Made by a program: the position numbers and the translations under genes. DNA of 64,000 nucleotides from assembly GCA_029862975.1 (NCBI GenBank), contig JAOTWP010000004.1, forward strand, positions 7,392 to 71,391. Reading direction: 5' to 3'. This document shows positions 1 through 7,275 of this stretch, in pieces. Numbering within the stretch: position 1 is the first letter of the stretch; every line of letters starts with the position of its first letter. The notes beneath the pieces are model-generated. The model had not been told where the DNA came from. It ran no database searches and was given only the letters and a program-made list of their open reading frames with translations. The DNA is from Acidobacteriota bacterium (GTDB lineage: Bacteria > Acidobacteriota > Thermoanaerobaculia > Multivoradales > JAHEKO01).

Positions 1-819
1 AAGGGCCCTCTCCATCGCCCGCATCAGCACCTCGAGCCCCTCGTCGGTGGGATCGCGGAACAGCACCGCGATCTCGGGCGAGCGGATTGCGAGAGCCGCC
101 GGCAGCGTCAGAATGCCGTCCCGCACGTCCTCCTCGCCGCCGCCGCCGAGGGCCACGGCGCCGCGGACGTCGCCGACGTCGTCGCAGCCGTGATAGAGCG
201 TGCCGAGCAGGGCGCCGTAACGCCGCAGCGTGTCGTCGCGGGTCCCGAGGCAGGCGCAGGTCTCGAACATCGAGCCGGTGTCTTCGCCGGCGAGGTGACG
301 CCAGTCCTCGACCCCGAGGGGCTGCCGCCGCAGCCGCCACTGCAGGCATTCGGCCACGCCCAGCCGCTTGAACAGGTCGGAAATGAGCGCGATCGCATAG
401 GGGTCTCGGTGCAGGATCTCGAAGACGTGGGCCGTGAGGTAGCCGCCGGTCATGAGCGCCGGCAGCAAGCCGAATCGGCAGTGCAGGGTGAGCTTGCCTC
501 GTCGATGGCGCGAGCGATCGAGAATGTCGTCGATGATCAACGAGACGTTGTGCACGATCTCGAGTGCCACCGTCGAGCGCAGGAGCTCATCGTCGACCGG
601 CTCCTCGGACATGGCGCGGTGACAGGCAAAGATGGTCACGGGGCGGAAGAACTTGGACTCGCCGAGGAACTGCCAGTCCAGAAGGCTCTGTACCTCGGCG
701 TCGCTCTCGCGGAGGATCTGCGCGATCAACTCCCTGAGCTGGTCCAGCTCGTCCTCGAGATCGAGTGCACCCAGCAAGCGTCTGGAGGTGGCGGCGGCGC
801 TAGCCGGCGCGACCGTCAC
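1..819 (-). CDS. polyprenyl (isoprenyl) diphosphate synthase family protein; 3' end runs off the left window edge
   Basis: Absent from ORF track (no stop in window). My minus-strand translation from GTG at 819 gives ...[25 protein letters not shown]... (first DDxxD + RRG) and ...[12 protein letters not shown]... (second DDxxD). GGAGG lies ~7 nt upstream of the GTG. Confidence 0.8.
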   Translation of the reverse strand, partial: MTVAPASAAATSRRLLGALDLEDELDQLRELIAQILRESDAEVQSLLDWQFLGESKFFRPVTIFACHRAMSEEPVDDELLRSTVALEIVHNVSLIIDDILDRSRHRRGKLTLHCRFGLLPALMTGGYLTAHVFEILHRDPYAIALISDLFKRLGVAECLQWRLRRQPLGVEDWRHLAGEDTGSMFETCACLGTRDDTLRRYGALLGTLYHGCDDVGDVRGAVALGGGGEEDVRDGILTLPAALAIRSPEIAVLFRDPTDEGLEVLMRAMERAL

Positions 820-864
820 GCTTCGCCCTCCCGCAGCACGTCCTGTCGGCCCCGGCCCCGGGCG

Positions 865-1233
865 CTACGGCTTTGCGCGCACCGATCGCTTCGCCTTGGG
901 ACGCGCCGCACCCTTCTTGCCCGACGCCCTCGATTGCTCGGACTTGCCGAGCTCCTCGATGAACCGTTCGGCGGCCTGCCGCGGCAGATCGGTCATCGCG
1001 CGCAGGCTCACGCGACTGGCCTCGCCGATCTCCATGAGGAGGCGATTGGCATCGGACGGATTCCTCCGGATCTCGCCGAGGCGGCTGCCGGCATCTTCGC
1101 TGAACTTGGAGGCTTGCTCCACCCAGGCGCTCCAGAAGTCGATTCCGGCCCTGAAGGCAGCCAGCTGGACTTCGACCACGTCCATCAGGACGTTCTGCAC
1201 ATCGGCGTCGGATGTCGACTTTTTCTGGGCCAT
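865..1233 (-). CDS. small helical protein with Lys/Arg-rich C-terminus (phasin-like by composition only); 'P5' of the unknown operon
   Basis: 122-aa ORF with GC3-rich codons and GGGAG 7 nt upstream of the ATG. N-terminus is amphipathic-helix-like ([33 protein letters not shown]). Tail is [18 protein letters not shown]. No family recognised. Confidence 0.6.
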   Translation of the reverse strand: MAQKKSTSDADVQNVLMDVVEVQLAAFRAGIDFWSAWVEQASKFSEDAGSRLGEIRRNPSDANRLLMEIGEASRVSLRAMTDLPRQAAERFIEELGKSEQSRASGKKGAARPKAKRSVRAKP

Positions 1234-1267
1234 GGTTCACTCCCGGCCGGCGTCGCCGGCCCCTGCT

Positions 1268-1984
1268 TCACCTCTTGCTGGTGCGCGAGGCGCTGCGGCC
1301 GGCGCCCTTCTTGGCCGCCGTCTTCTTGGCCGCCGTCTTCTTGGCTGCCGTCTTCTTGGCCGCCGTCTTCTTGGCGGTTGTTGTCCTGGCCGCAGGCCTC
1401 TTGGGCGTCGTCCGCTTGCGTGTAGCTCTCTTGGCAGTGACCTTCCCGGCCGGCGCCTTCTCGGGGGACACCTCGGCGGCCTGGCTCGCCGTCGCGACAC
1501 CGTGCAAACGCCGCACGACGATGGCAGCCGAGGCTCTGGACACTCCGGGCACCGTGAGTGCGCCGCGATAACCGACCCCGGCCTCGAGCCGCGGGTCGAT
1601 CTTGCCGAACACTCGGACCACCGTCTGCTCGCTCGAACCCAGGCTCACCCGTGCGGGCTCGAACTCGAGCAGCTGCTCGATCTCGTGGCCGTCGGGATCG
1701 ATCAACGGCGAGACCACCACGTCGGCCGCCACCCGTCGGGATGTGTTGTTCTCGACGAGGAAGAAGCCCTGGGCCTCTCGACCGGCCTCGGCTTCGAGCA
1801 CCAGCGCGGCAGCGCGCGGCGCCGCCGGCGGTGTCTCCTCCTCGCCCGCCACGCCTGTTTTGGCGAAGGCGGAGCTCACCTCCTTGAGGTAATCGGCCGA
1901 CAGCCTCACCAGGCCCTGGTAGAAACGCAGGCCGCTTTCGACATTGCGCCGCAGGAGATCGCCGAGATCCGGAACGTCAGCCAT
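1268..1984 (-). CDS. hypothetical protein 'P4': N-terminal helix + beta-sandwich-like core + histone-H1-like KKTAA repeat tail
   Basis: 238-aa ORF whose ATG overlaps the upstream stop by 8 nt (ATGGCTGA). Core ...[26 protein letters not shown]...[10 protein letters not shown]. Tail [27 protein letters not shown]. Confidence 0.7.
   Translation of the reverse strand: MADVPDLGDLLRRNVESGLRFYQGLVRLSADYLKEVSSAFAKTGVAGEEETPPAAPRAAALVLEAEAGREAQGFFLVENNTSRRVAADVVVSPLIDPDGHEIEQLLEFEPARVSLGSSEQTVVRVFGKIDPRLEAGVGYRGALTVPGVSRASAAIVVRRLHGVATASQAAEVSPEKAPAGKVTAKRATRKRTTPKRPAARTTTAKKTAAKKTAAKKTAAKKTAAKKGAGRSASRTSKR
1305..1394 (-). repeat. about six tandem 15-bp units (plus-strand gtcttcttggccgcc) encoding the KKTAA repeats of P4
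   Basis: Direct reading: cccttcttggccgcc / gtcttcttggccgcc / gtcttcttggctgcc / gtcttcttggccgcc / gtcttcttggcggtt / gttgtcctggccgca. Confidence 0.9.
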
Positions 1985-2558
1985 GAGGGTCTGCCGGGGT
2001 CCCCCGCTCGCGGCAGGAGCGAGGGCAGTAGAAGTGGTCGTACCAGTGATGGATGTAGTCCGGACAGTCGTCGATTTCCACGACGTGGCAACAGGCTCCG
2101 CCCTGGTCGCCGACCGAGACGGTCCACCGCAGGTAGTGCTCCCTGCACCCCCGGACCCAGATCAGGGCTTCGAGCTTCTGGCCCGCGGTGGCGTCGGGCG
2201 CCTTGAGGGTTGCGGTCACCGTGCCCCGCTCCTTCGCCCCCAGCGCCAGACTCGTCGGCTGGATCGACACGCTGCCGGCCGCCGATCCCGCAGCAGAGAC
2301 CTGGTACAAGCGGCCGGTGGCGTCGCAGTTGGTGATCTCGATCTTCAAGGTCGCCACGCTGCCCGGGCAGACTTGGCTCACCACCTCCCCGGCCGACTGC
2401 GGCATCCAGCACGGCTCCGGGATGTCGCAGGAGTTCTGCTGCTCGTTGCCCGTCATGACGGCGAGCAACTCGTTGCCGAGCTGGGCCTGGGCGTCGAGCA
2501 GATTGCGGATCGCGTCGGCCAGGCCCTGCATCGACTCACCGCTCAGAATCGAGTTCAT
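1977..2558 (-). CDS. hypothetical protein 'P3': N-terminal helix, beta-sandwich-like core, Cys/His-dense C-terminus
   Basis: Real start is the internal ATG at 2558 of track ORF 1977..3470, overlapping the upstream stop as ATGA. 193 aa with 10 Cys. Tail [34 protein letters not shown]. Confidence 0.7.
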   Translation of the reverse strand: MNSILSGESMQGLADAIRNLLDAQAQLGNELLAVMTGNEQQNSCDIPEPCWMPQSAGEVVSQVCPGSVATLKIEITNCDATGRLYQVSAAGSAAGSVSIQPTSLALGAKERGTVTATLKAPDATAGQKLEALIWVRGCREHYLRWTVSVGDQGGACCHVVEIDDCPDYIHHWYDHFYCPRSCRERGTPADPHG

Positions 2559-3301
2559 TGTTTCCTCCGGCGCGCGCTCTTTTGCTTGCTCTTTTCGAGA
2601 ACCCGGACCTCGACTCGCTGCTTGGCGTAGTCGAGCGACAAGAGACCGCGGTACAGGCGCCCGCTCACCAGCTTCGCGGGCAGGCGCAGGGTCAGCTCCA
2701 GATCGTGCACGTCTCCCGGCTCCAAGCGCCCCGATCCTCGGCGGATCCGCACCCGGGCGTTGCCGCCGTGACTCTCCGCCAGCTCGTCGAGGAAGCGATC
2801 GATGCGCCGTTCGCCACGCTCGAGCCGGGCCTCGATCACTCTCGAGATCACTTCGTCCATGCCCTTGACCGGAAACAGGCCGAACGCCGAGCTCTCGGGG
2901 ACCTCGACGGCGACGTTGCCCAGGTTGGCGAGCGCGAGGGTCAAGTCGACGCTCGCTCCCGCCTCGGCCTCGATCGAGGTCCGGGAGGGGAAGAACCTGA
3001 GCTGCCGCTCCGGTTGGATCTCGACTACGATCGGCTGGCGCGTCTCGCCGATCTCGGCAGAGCCCCTGTAGGTGCCGGGCGCCATCGTCTTGGGGACGCG
3101 CAGCCTCAGCCGGGTGAGGCCGAGCCCGCGCACCGGGGCGGCGCGGGCCGTAAAGACGTCGCCGACGCGAGAGCCCCGCGGCAGCTCGAGGCTCAGACGC
3201 ACGTCGCCCGACAATCTCGGGTCCAGCTTGACCACCGTCGACAAGGCCCTCGGAGCACCACGGAAATGGATGGTCTCCGGCCTCTGAGCCGTCCTTGCCA
3301 C
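2555..3301 (-). CDS. hypothetical protein 'P2': two beta-sandwich-like (CARDB/NEW3-like pattern) modules, basic C-terminus
   Basis: In-frame GTG at 3301-3299 shares one nt with the upstream TAG (TAGTG). Motifs ASVDLTLALANLGNVAVEVP and LEPGDVHDLELTLRLPAKLVSGRLYRGLLSL. Tail [12 protein letters not shown]. Confidence 0.65.
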   Translation of the reverse strand: MARTAQRPETIHFRGAPRALSTVVKLDPRLSGDVRLSLELPRGSRVGDVFTARAAPVRGLGLTRLRLRVPKTMAPGTYRGSAEIGETRQPIVVEIQPERQLRFFPSRTSIEAEAGASVDLTLALANLGNVAVEVPESSAFGLFPVKGMDEVISRVIEARLERGERRIDRFLDELAESHGGNARVRIRRGSGRLEPGDVHDLELTLRLPAKLVSGRLYRGLLSLDYAKQRVEVRVLEKSKQKSARRRKQ

Positions 3302-3753
3302 TAGCCTTCCTCGAGCCGCAGGACCCCGGCGGGAGCCGTCCCCGGCGGCTGGCTCTGGCTGGACGGCCCACAGACCTCGCACGGGTTGGGACGGTAGGGC
3401 TCGGTGATGATCTGGGCCTCGCCGCAGAGGCGCACCTTGGCCAGCTCCATGCCGAACAGGGAGAGCCCAAGGGCGTAGTTGGCCGGCAGATGGGCGCGGA
3501 CCGAAGGGATCTCCTTCAGCCGGGCGTTGATCTCGAGCGGCCGGATCTCGATCGGGGTAAGCGTCACGGTCAGCGGGTCGACCCCGACCTCGATCTTGTC
3601 GAGCGTATCGACGTGGATGTGGTACTCGGAGGGGATGCCGTCGATCGTCACCGGCCCGACCGCACCGACGCTGGCGACGGTGATCGGAGTCACCGTAATG
3701 GGTGCGACTTCGTCGACGTCGACGTGGTAGACATCAGGCAGCTCGACGCTCAT
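3301..3753 (-). CDS. hypothetical protein 'P1': acidic, V/I/P/T-periodic N-terminal two-thirds, Cys-containing C-terminus
   Basis: 150-aa ORF with GGAGG 6 nt upstream of the ATG. Sequence VYHVDVDEVAPITVTPITVASVGAVGPVTIDGIP...PLTVTLTPIEIRPLEI. No family recognised. Confidence 0.65.
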   Translation of the reverse strand: MSVELPDVYHVDVDEVAPITVTPITVASVGAVGPVTIDGIPSEYHIHVDTLDKIEVGVDPLTVTLTPIEIRPLEINARLKEIPSVRAHLPANYALGLSLFGMELAKVRLCGEAQIITEPYRPNPCEVCGPSSQSQPPGTAPAGVLRLEEG

Positions 3754-3781
3754 GGTGGCCTCCGTGCCTTGTCGGTAGTGC

Positions 3782-3814
3782 GTTTATCTTTTCACCGGCC
3801 TCTGTTTCCGTCAA
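3782..3814 (-). promoter_or_regulatory. weak candidate internal promoter / AT-rich patch upstream of P1
   Basis: Minus strand reads TTGACG (3814-3809), then GATAAA at 3788-3783. The spacer is ~20 nt, so the match is poor. It is the only AT-rich patch in the 107-nt KAS-P1 gap. Confidence 0.2.
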
Positions 3815-3860
3815 GGAAGTCCCGACTCCCAGGCGCCCCTGCCCCCGAAGACCATCGCCG

Positions 3861-5111
3861 TCAGTCATCGAAACGGCCGACCACGAGCACTCCGTTGGTG
3901 CCGCCGAAGCCGAAGCTGCTCGACAGCACCGTGGCCAGGGGAAGCTCCCTCGCTGCCGTCACGAGCGGGAGGTCCGCGACCGCCGGATCGGGCTTCGTGA
4001 CGTTGATCGACGGGGCGACGAAACCGCGCTCGAGCATGCCGATGCAGAAGATCAGCTCGAGTGCCCCGGCGGCGCCGATCGGGTGGCCGGTCATCGACTT
4101 GGTAGAGGAAAAAGGGGGCACACCGCGCCCGAACACCTGGCGCAAGGCCTTGAGCTCAGCGACGTCACCGTGCCGCGTCGAGGTGCCGTGGGTGTTGACA
4201 TAGTCGATCCTCGAAGGCTCGACTTCGGCGTCGTCGAGGGCGAGGCGCATGCAGGCTGCGGCCTGGTCGCCCTCGGGCTCCGGAAGAACGAGGTCGAAGC
4301 CGTCGGAGTTGGCACCGAAGCCGAGAATCTCGGCCCGGATCCTGGCGCCGCGAGCACGGGCGGCCCCGAGCTCCTCCAAGACGACGATGCCGCCGCCGCC
4401 GCCCATCACGAAGCCGTCGCGGCCCTGGTCGAAAGGCCGCGAAGCCTGCTCCGGGACGTCGTTGTAGCTCGTCGACAGAGCAAGGCGCAGGGCCTGGAAC
4501 GCAACCGCGACGAGCTCGCTCACGTCCTCCCCTCCGCCCGCGACCGCCCGGTCGAGCCGGCCCTGGCGGATGAGCTCGAATGCGTGGCCGATGTTGTGGG
4601 CCGAGGTGGCACAAGCCGACGCGATCGAGTAGCTGCGGCCGCGGATCGCAAGCAGGCTCGCCACCGCGGCGCTGGCAGAGCTCGACATGCAGCGCAGGAC
4701 AGTGTACGGGTCGATGCGGCGACTTCTGGCCGAGAGATAGAGCTCGGCCGCGCGCCACACCGAGTCGATGCTGCCGACGCCGCTGCCGACGATGCAGCCG
4801 GTGCGCGGATCGGCGAGCTGGCCCGGCTCGAGGCCGGCATCGGCAACGGCGTCGCGGGCGGCGAGGCAGCAGAACAGAGCCGCGTCGGACATGGCGGGAA
4901 CGAGCTTCTTGGGCAGTCTCGCGGCGGCCTTCTTCTCCTCCAGGTGGTCCACCGCGCCCGCGACCCGACTCTCGAGCCCCAGGTCGGCGCGCCACTCGGT
5001 CATGCGGCGCACGGCGCTCTTGCCGGCTCGCAGCGCCTCCAGAACGGACTCGTACTCATGCCCCAGGCAGGAGACCAGGCCGACGCCGGTGACGACCACG
5101 CGGCGGTTCAC
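3861..5111 (-). CDS. beta-ketoacyl-ACP synthase, KAS I/II (FabF/FabB-like)
   Basis: 416 aa. Cys-His-His triad contexts: SIASACATSAH, YVNTHGTSTRHGD, SMTGHPIGAAG. GTG start overlaps the ACP stop (GTGA). Confidence 0.9.
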   Translation of the reverse strand: MNRRVVVTGVGLVSCLGHEYESVLEALRAGKSAVRRMTEWRADLGLESRVAGAVDHLEEKKAAARLPKKLVPAMSDAALFCCLAARDAVADAGLEPGQLADPRTGCIVGSGVGSIDSVWRAAELYLSARSRRIDPYTVLRCMSSSASAAVASLLAIRGRSYSIASACATSAHNIGHAFELIRQGRLDRAVAGGGEDVSELVAVAFQALRLALSTSYNDVPEQASRPFDQGRDGFVMGGGGGIVVLEELGAARARGARIRAEILGFGANSDGFDLVLPEPEGDQAAACMRLALDDAEVEPSRIDYVNTHGTSTRHGDVAELKALRQVFGRGVPPFSSTKSMTGHPIGAAGALELIFCIGMLERGFVAPSINVTKPDPAVADLPLVTAARELPLATVLSSSFGFGGTNGVLVVGRFDD

Positions 5112-5383
5112 CCCGCGGCGTTCCCTTTCTCGCGGCTCGTCTTGCCACGGACGAGCCCGACCACGTCGCCGACGGTGACGAAGGCCCGCAGCTCCGCGTC
5201 GTCCACGACAATGTCGAACTCGTCCTCGAGATCCATCGCCAGAGTCACCCCTTGTAGCGAACTGAGCCCCAGATCGTCACGCAGTGTCGTGTCGTCGGCG
5301 ACCTTCGCCGGCTCGAGCCTCCGATCCGAGGCTTCGAGCAGCCGCGCGACGACTCTCTCTCTAAGGCCTGCGGTGTCTTGGAT
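5108..5383 (-). CDS. acyl carrier protein, atypical; start codon uncertain (no in-frame ATG/GTG/TTG; ATC at 5383-5381 preceded by AGGAGGGGG)
   Basis: Not in ORF track. My translation: IQDTAGLRERVVARLLEASDRRLEPAKVADDTTLRDDLGLSSLQGVTLAMDLEDEFDIVVDDAELRAFVTVGDVVGLVRGK... This has ACP length and a DLGxxSL-type phosphopantetheine site. Confidence 0.65.
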   Translation of the reverse strand: MQDTAGLRERVVARLLEASDRRLEPAKVADDTTLRDDLGLSSLQGVTLAMDLEDEFDIVVDDAELRAFVTVGDVVGLVRGKTSREKGNAAG

Positions 5384-5868
5384 GACCCCCTCCTGGCGCG
5401 GCGCAAGGACCCCCGTCGGCTCGACGGATCGGGTGTTGCCTTCGGTCCGGCCAGTCTAGCAGCGCCAATCCCGCCGGCGGCCGACGGTCGCCGAGCACGC
5501 CCCCGGCCCGAGAGCGCGATCGTCGGCCACGAAGTCCTCGCCGACCTCGAGACCCACTACGGCTTACGTCGCGAGACGCCCTCGGTGGCTCGGCCGTCGG
5601 GTCCGAACGCGCGCTCTGGAGGCCCGAGTTCTCGCCTCTTCCCTGCTCGGAGCACCTGACCGCGCATCAGCACCAGACCCGAGTCCGCGCCCTGGTCCAC
5701 GAGATCGAGCGCGAGACGGCATCCTCGTTCCCTCTGTGCCCCACCGGCTGAGAGTGGAACTGCGCCCTAGCGCAACGGGGAGCAACGGAGTTTGGGCGTG
5801 TAGTACCGGACCACTTGCCTCCCGTTGTGGCACGCCCTGTAACTGCTTGATTCGAACGGCGAGAGCAA

Positions 5869-5945
5869 TGGTGCGGCTGGGAGGACTCGAACCCCCGACC
5901 TAGAGTTTAGGAAACTCCCGCTCTATCCACCTGAGCTACAGCCGC
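5869..5945 (-). tRNA. tRNA-Arg (anticodon CCT), CCA encoded
   Basis: Reverse complement GCGGCTG-TA-GCTC-AGGTGGATA-GAGC-G-GGAGT-TTCCTAA-ACTCT-AGGTC-GGGGG-TTCGAGT-CCTCC-CAGCCGC-ACCA folds as a cloverleaf. Anticodon loop TTCCTAA. Confidence 0.9.
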
Positions 5946-5960
5946 CCGTGGGACCGGGGA

Positions 5961-6620
5961 TTATACGTCGCCGGCGGGGGTCGGCGGGGGGGGCTGGTGG
6001 TCGCCGGTGCGGTGCAGGAAGCGGTTGACGAGCCAGAAGCTGCCGACCAGCAGGACGACGAAGGCGATCGTCAGGACGTTCAGGTACTTCTCGATAAAGA
6101 GCTTGGCCGGCTCGCCGATCCACCAGATGAGGCCGGCGACGGCGAAGAAGCGGGCGCTGCGGGAGAGGATCGAGGCGAGGACGAAGATCTTGAAGTTGAC
6201 CTCGAAGGTGCCGCCGGCGATGGTGAAGATCTTGTAGGGGATCGGGGTCAGGCCCGCGATGCCCGTCGCCCAGGCGTTGTAGCGGTCGTAGAGCTTCTTC
6301 ACCGCCGCGATCTTGCGCTCCGCGAAGAGGCGGTGCAGCACCGGGCGGCCGCCGGCGTAGCCGATGCCGTAGCCGAGCATCCCGCCGAGGACTGAGGCGA
6401 CGCTCGCGATCGCCGCGAACCACAGCGCCGCCGACGGCCGCACGAGGCAGAGAGCGATCAGCAGGACGTCCGGCGGGATGGGGAAGAAGCTCGACTCGGC
6501 GAAGGCGATCCCGAAGAGCGCCCAGGCGCCGCCGGGGCTGCCGGCGAAGGACTCCACCCAGTCGAGCAGGCCGGCGAGGGTCCCGCTCAGCCAGTGCCAG
6601 AGGTTCTCGAGCATGATCAC
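5961..6620 (-). CDS. DedA/VTT (SNARE-associated) family membrane protein
   Basis: 219 aa, multi-TM. FAESSFFPIPPDVLL and GYGIGYAGGRP motifs are typical of DedA/YqaA. GTG start overlaps the pcm stop (GTGA). Confidence 0.8.
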   Translation of the reverse strand: MIMLENLWHWLSGTLAGLLDWVESFAGSPGGAWALFGIAFAESSFFPIPPDVLLIALCLVRPSAALWFAAIASVASVLGGMLGYGIGYAGGRPVLHRLFAERKIAAVKKLYDRYNAWATGIAGLTPIPYKIFTIAGGTFEVNFKIFVLASILSRSARFFAVAGLIWWIGEPAKLFIEKYLNVLTIAFVVLLVGSFWLVNRFLHRTGDHQPPPPTPAGDV

Positions 6621-7273
6621 TCCTTGTCCCAGCCGTGGCGGCCGACGAGGGGGACGAACCGGACCTCCTCGCCGACCCGCCGCCTGACGGTCTGGGCGAG
6701 CTTGTCGTAGTCGTAGACGACGAGCTGCTGCACGTCGCGGCCGCCCTCGGGGATGACCAGCCGGCCGCCGGGCGCGAGCTGCGCGAGCAGCGGCCGCGGC
6801 GCGGCGGGAGCCCCGGCCGCCACGAGGATCCGGTCGTACGGCGCCGCCTGGGCGAGTCCCAGGGTGCCGTCGAAGGCCTGGACCTTCACGTTGTCGTAGC
6901 CGAGATCGCGCAGGCGGCTGATGGCCTCGCGGGCCAGTCCGGGCACGATCTCCAGGCTGAAGACGCGGCGCGCCAGCTCGCCGAGGATCGCCGTCTGGTA
7001 GCCGGAGCCGGTGCCGATCTCGAGCACGCCGTGCTCGGGCTCGACGGCGAGCAGCTCGGTCATGCGGGCCACGACGGAGGGCTGGGAGATCGTCTGCGCC
7101 TCGCCGATGGGCAGGGCGTGGAGGCTGTAGGCCTGCGAGCGCAGGTGCGGGCGCACGAACCGGTGGCGGGGTACCTTGCCCATGGCCGCCAGCACCCGGG
7201 CGTCGCGGACGCCGAACTCCTTCTCGAGACGGCGCACCATCCGCCGCCGCTGATACGCGAACTCGGAGGCCAC
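6617..7273 (-). CDS. pcm: protein-L-isoaspartate O-methyltransferase
   Basis: C-terminal part of track ORF 6617..7798. GEAQTISQPSVVARMTELL and VLEIGTGSGYQTA motifs. Candidate starts: TTG 7279 (TTGA overlap with the surE stop), GTG 7273, ATG 7240. Confidence 0.85.
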   Translation of the reverse strand: MASEFAYQRRRMVRRLEKEFGVRDARVLAAMGKVPRHRFVRPHLRSQAYSLHALPIGEAQTISQPSVVARMTELLAVEPEHGVLEIGTGSGYQTAILGELARRVFSLEIVPGLAREAISRLRDLGYDNVKVQAFDGTLGLAQAAPYDRILVAAGAPAAPRPLLAQLAPGGRLVIPEGGRDVQQLVVYDYDKLAQTVRRRVGEEVRFVPLVGRHGWDKE

Positions 7274-7275
7274 GA

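Noticed and set aside
5378-5659. Track ORFs 5378..5659 (+) and 5564..5833 (-) in the tRNA/ACP gap.
   Set aside because: No family resemblance, low-complexity Arg/Pro/Ser-rich translations, no RBS, and they overlap each other. They are treated as non-coding.
5700-5868. SRP (4.5S) RNA or 6S RNA next to the tRNA gene.
   Set aside because: GGTCCGG is present, but the conserved SRP helix-8 sequence (GGUCCGGAAGGAAGCAGCC) is not. No extended 6S-like closing stem with a central bubble could be drawn.
5869-5945. Genomic island or prophage integrated at tRNA-Arg(CCT).
   Set aside because: No integrase, transposase, phage genes or repeat of the tRNA 3' end is visible in the window, and base composition looks uniform. 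The idea is kept only as a weak possibility in the findings.
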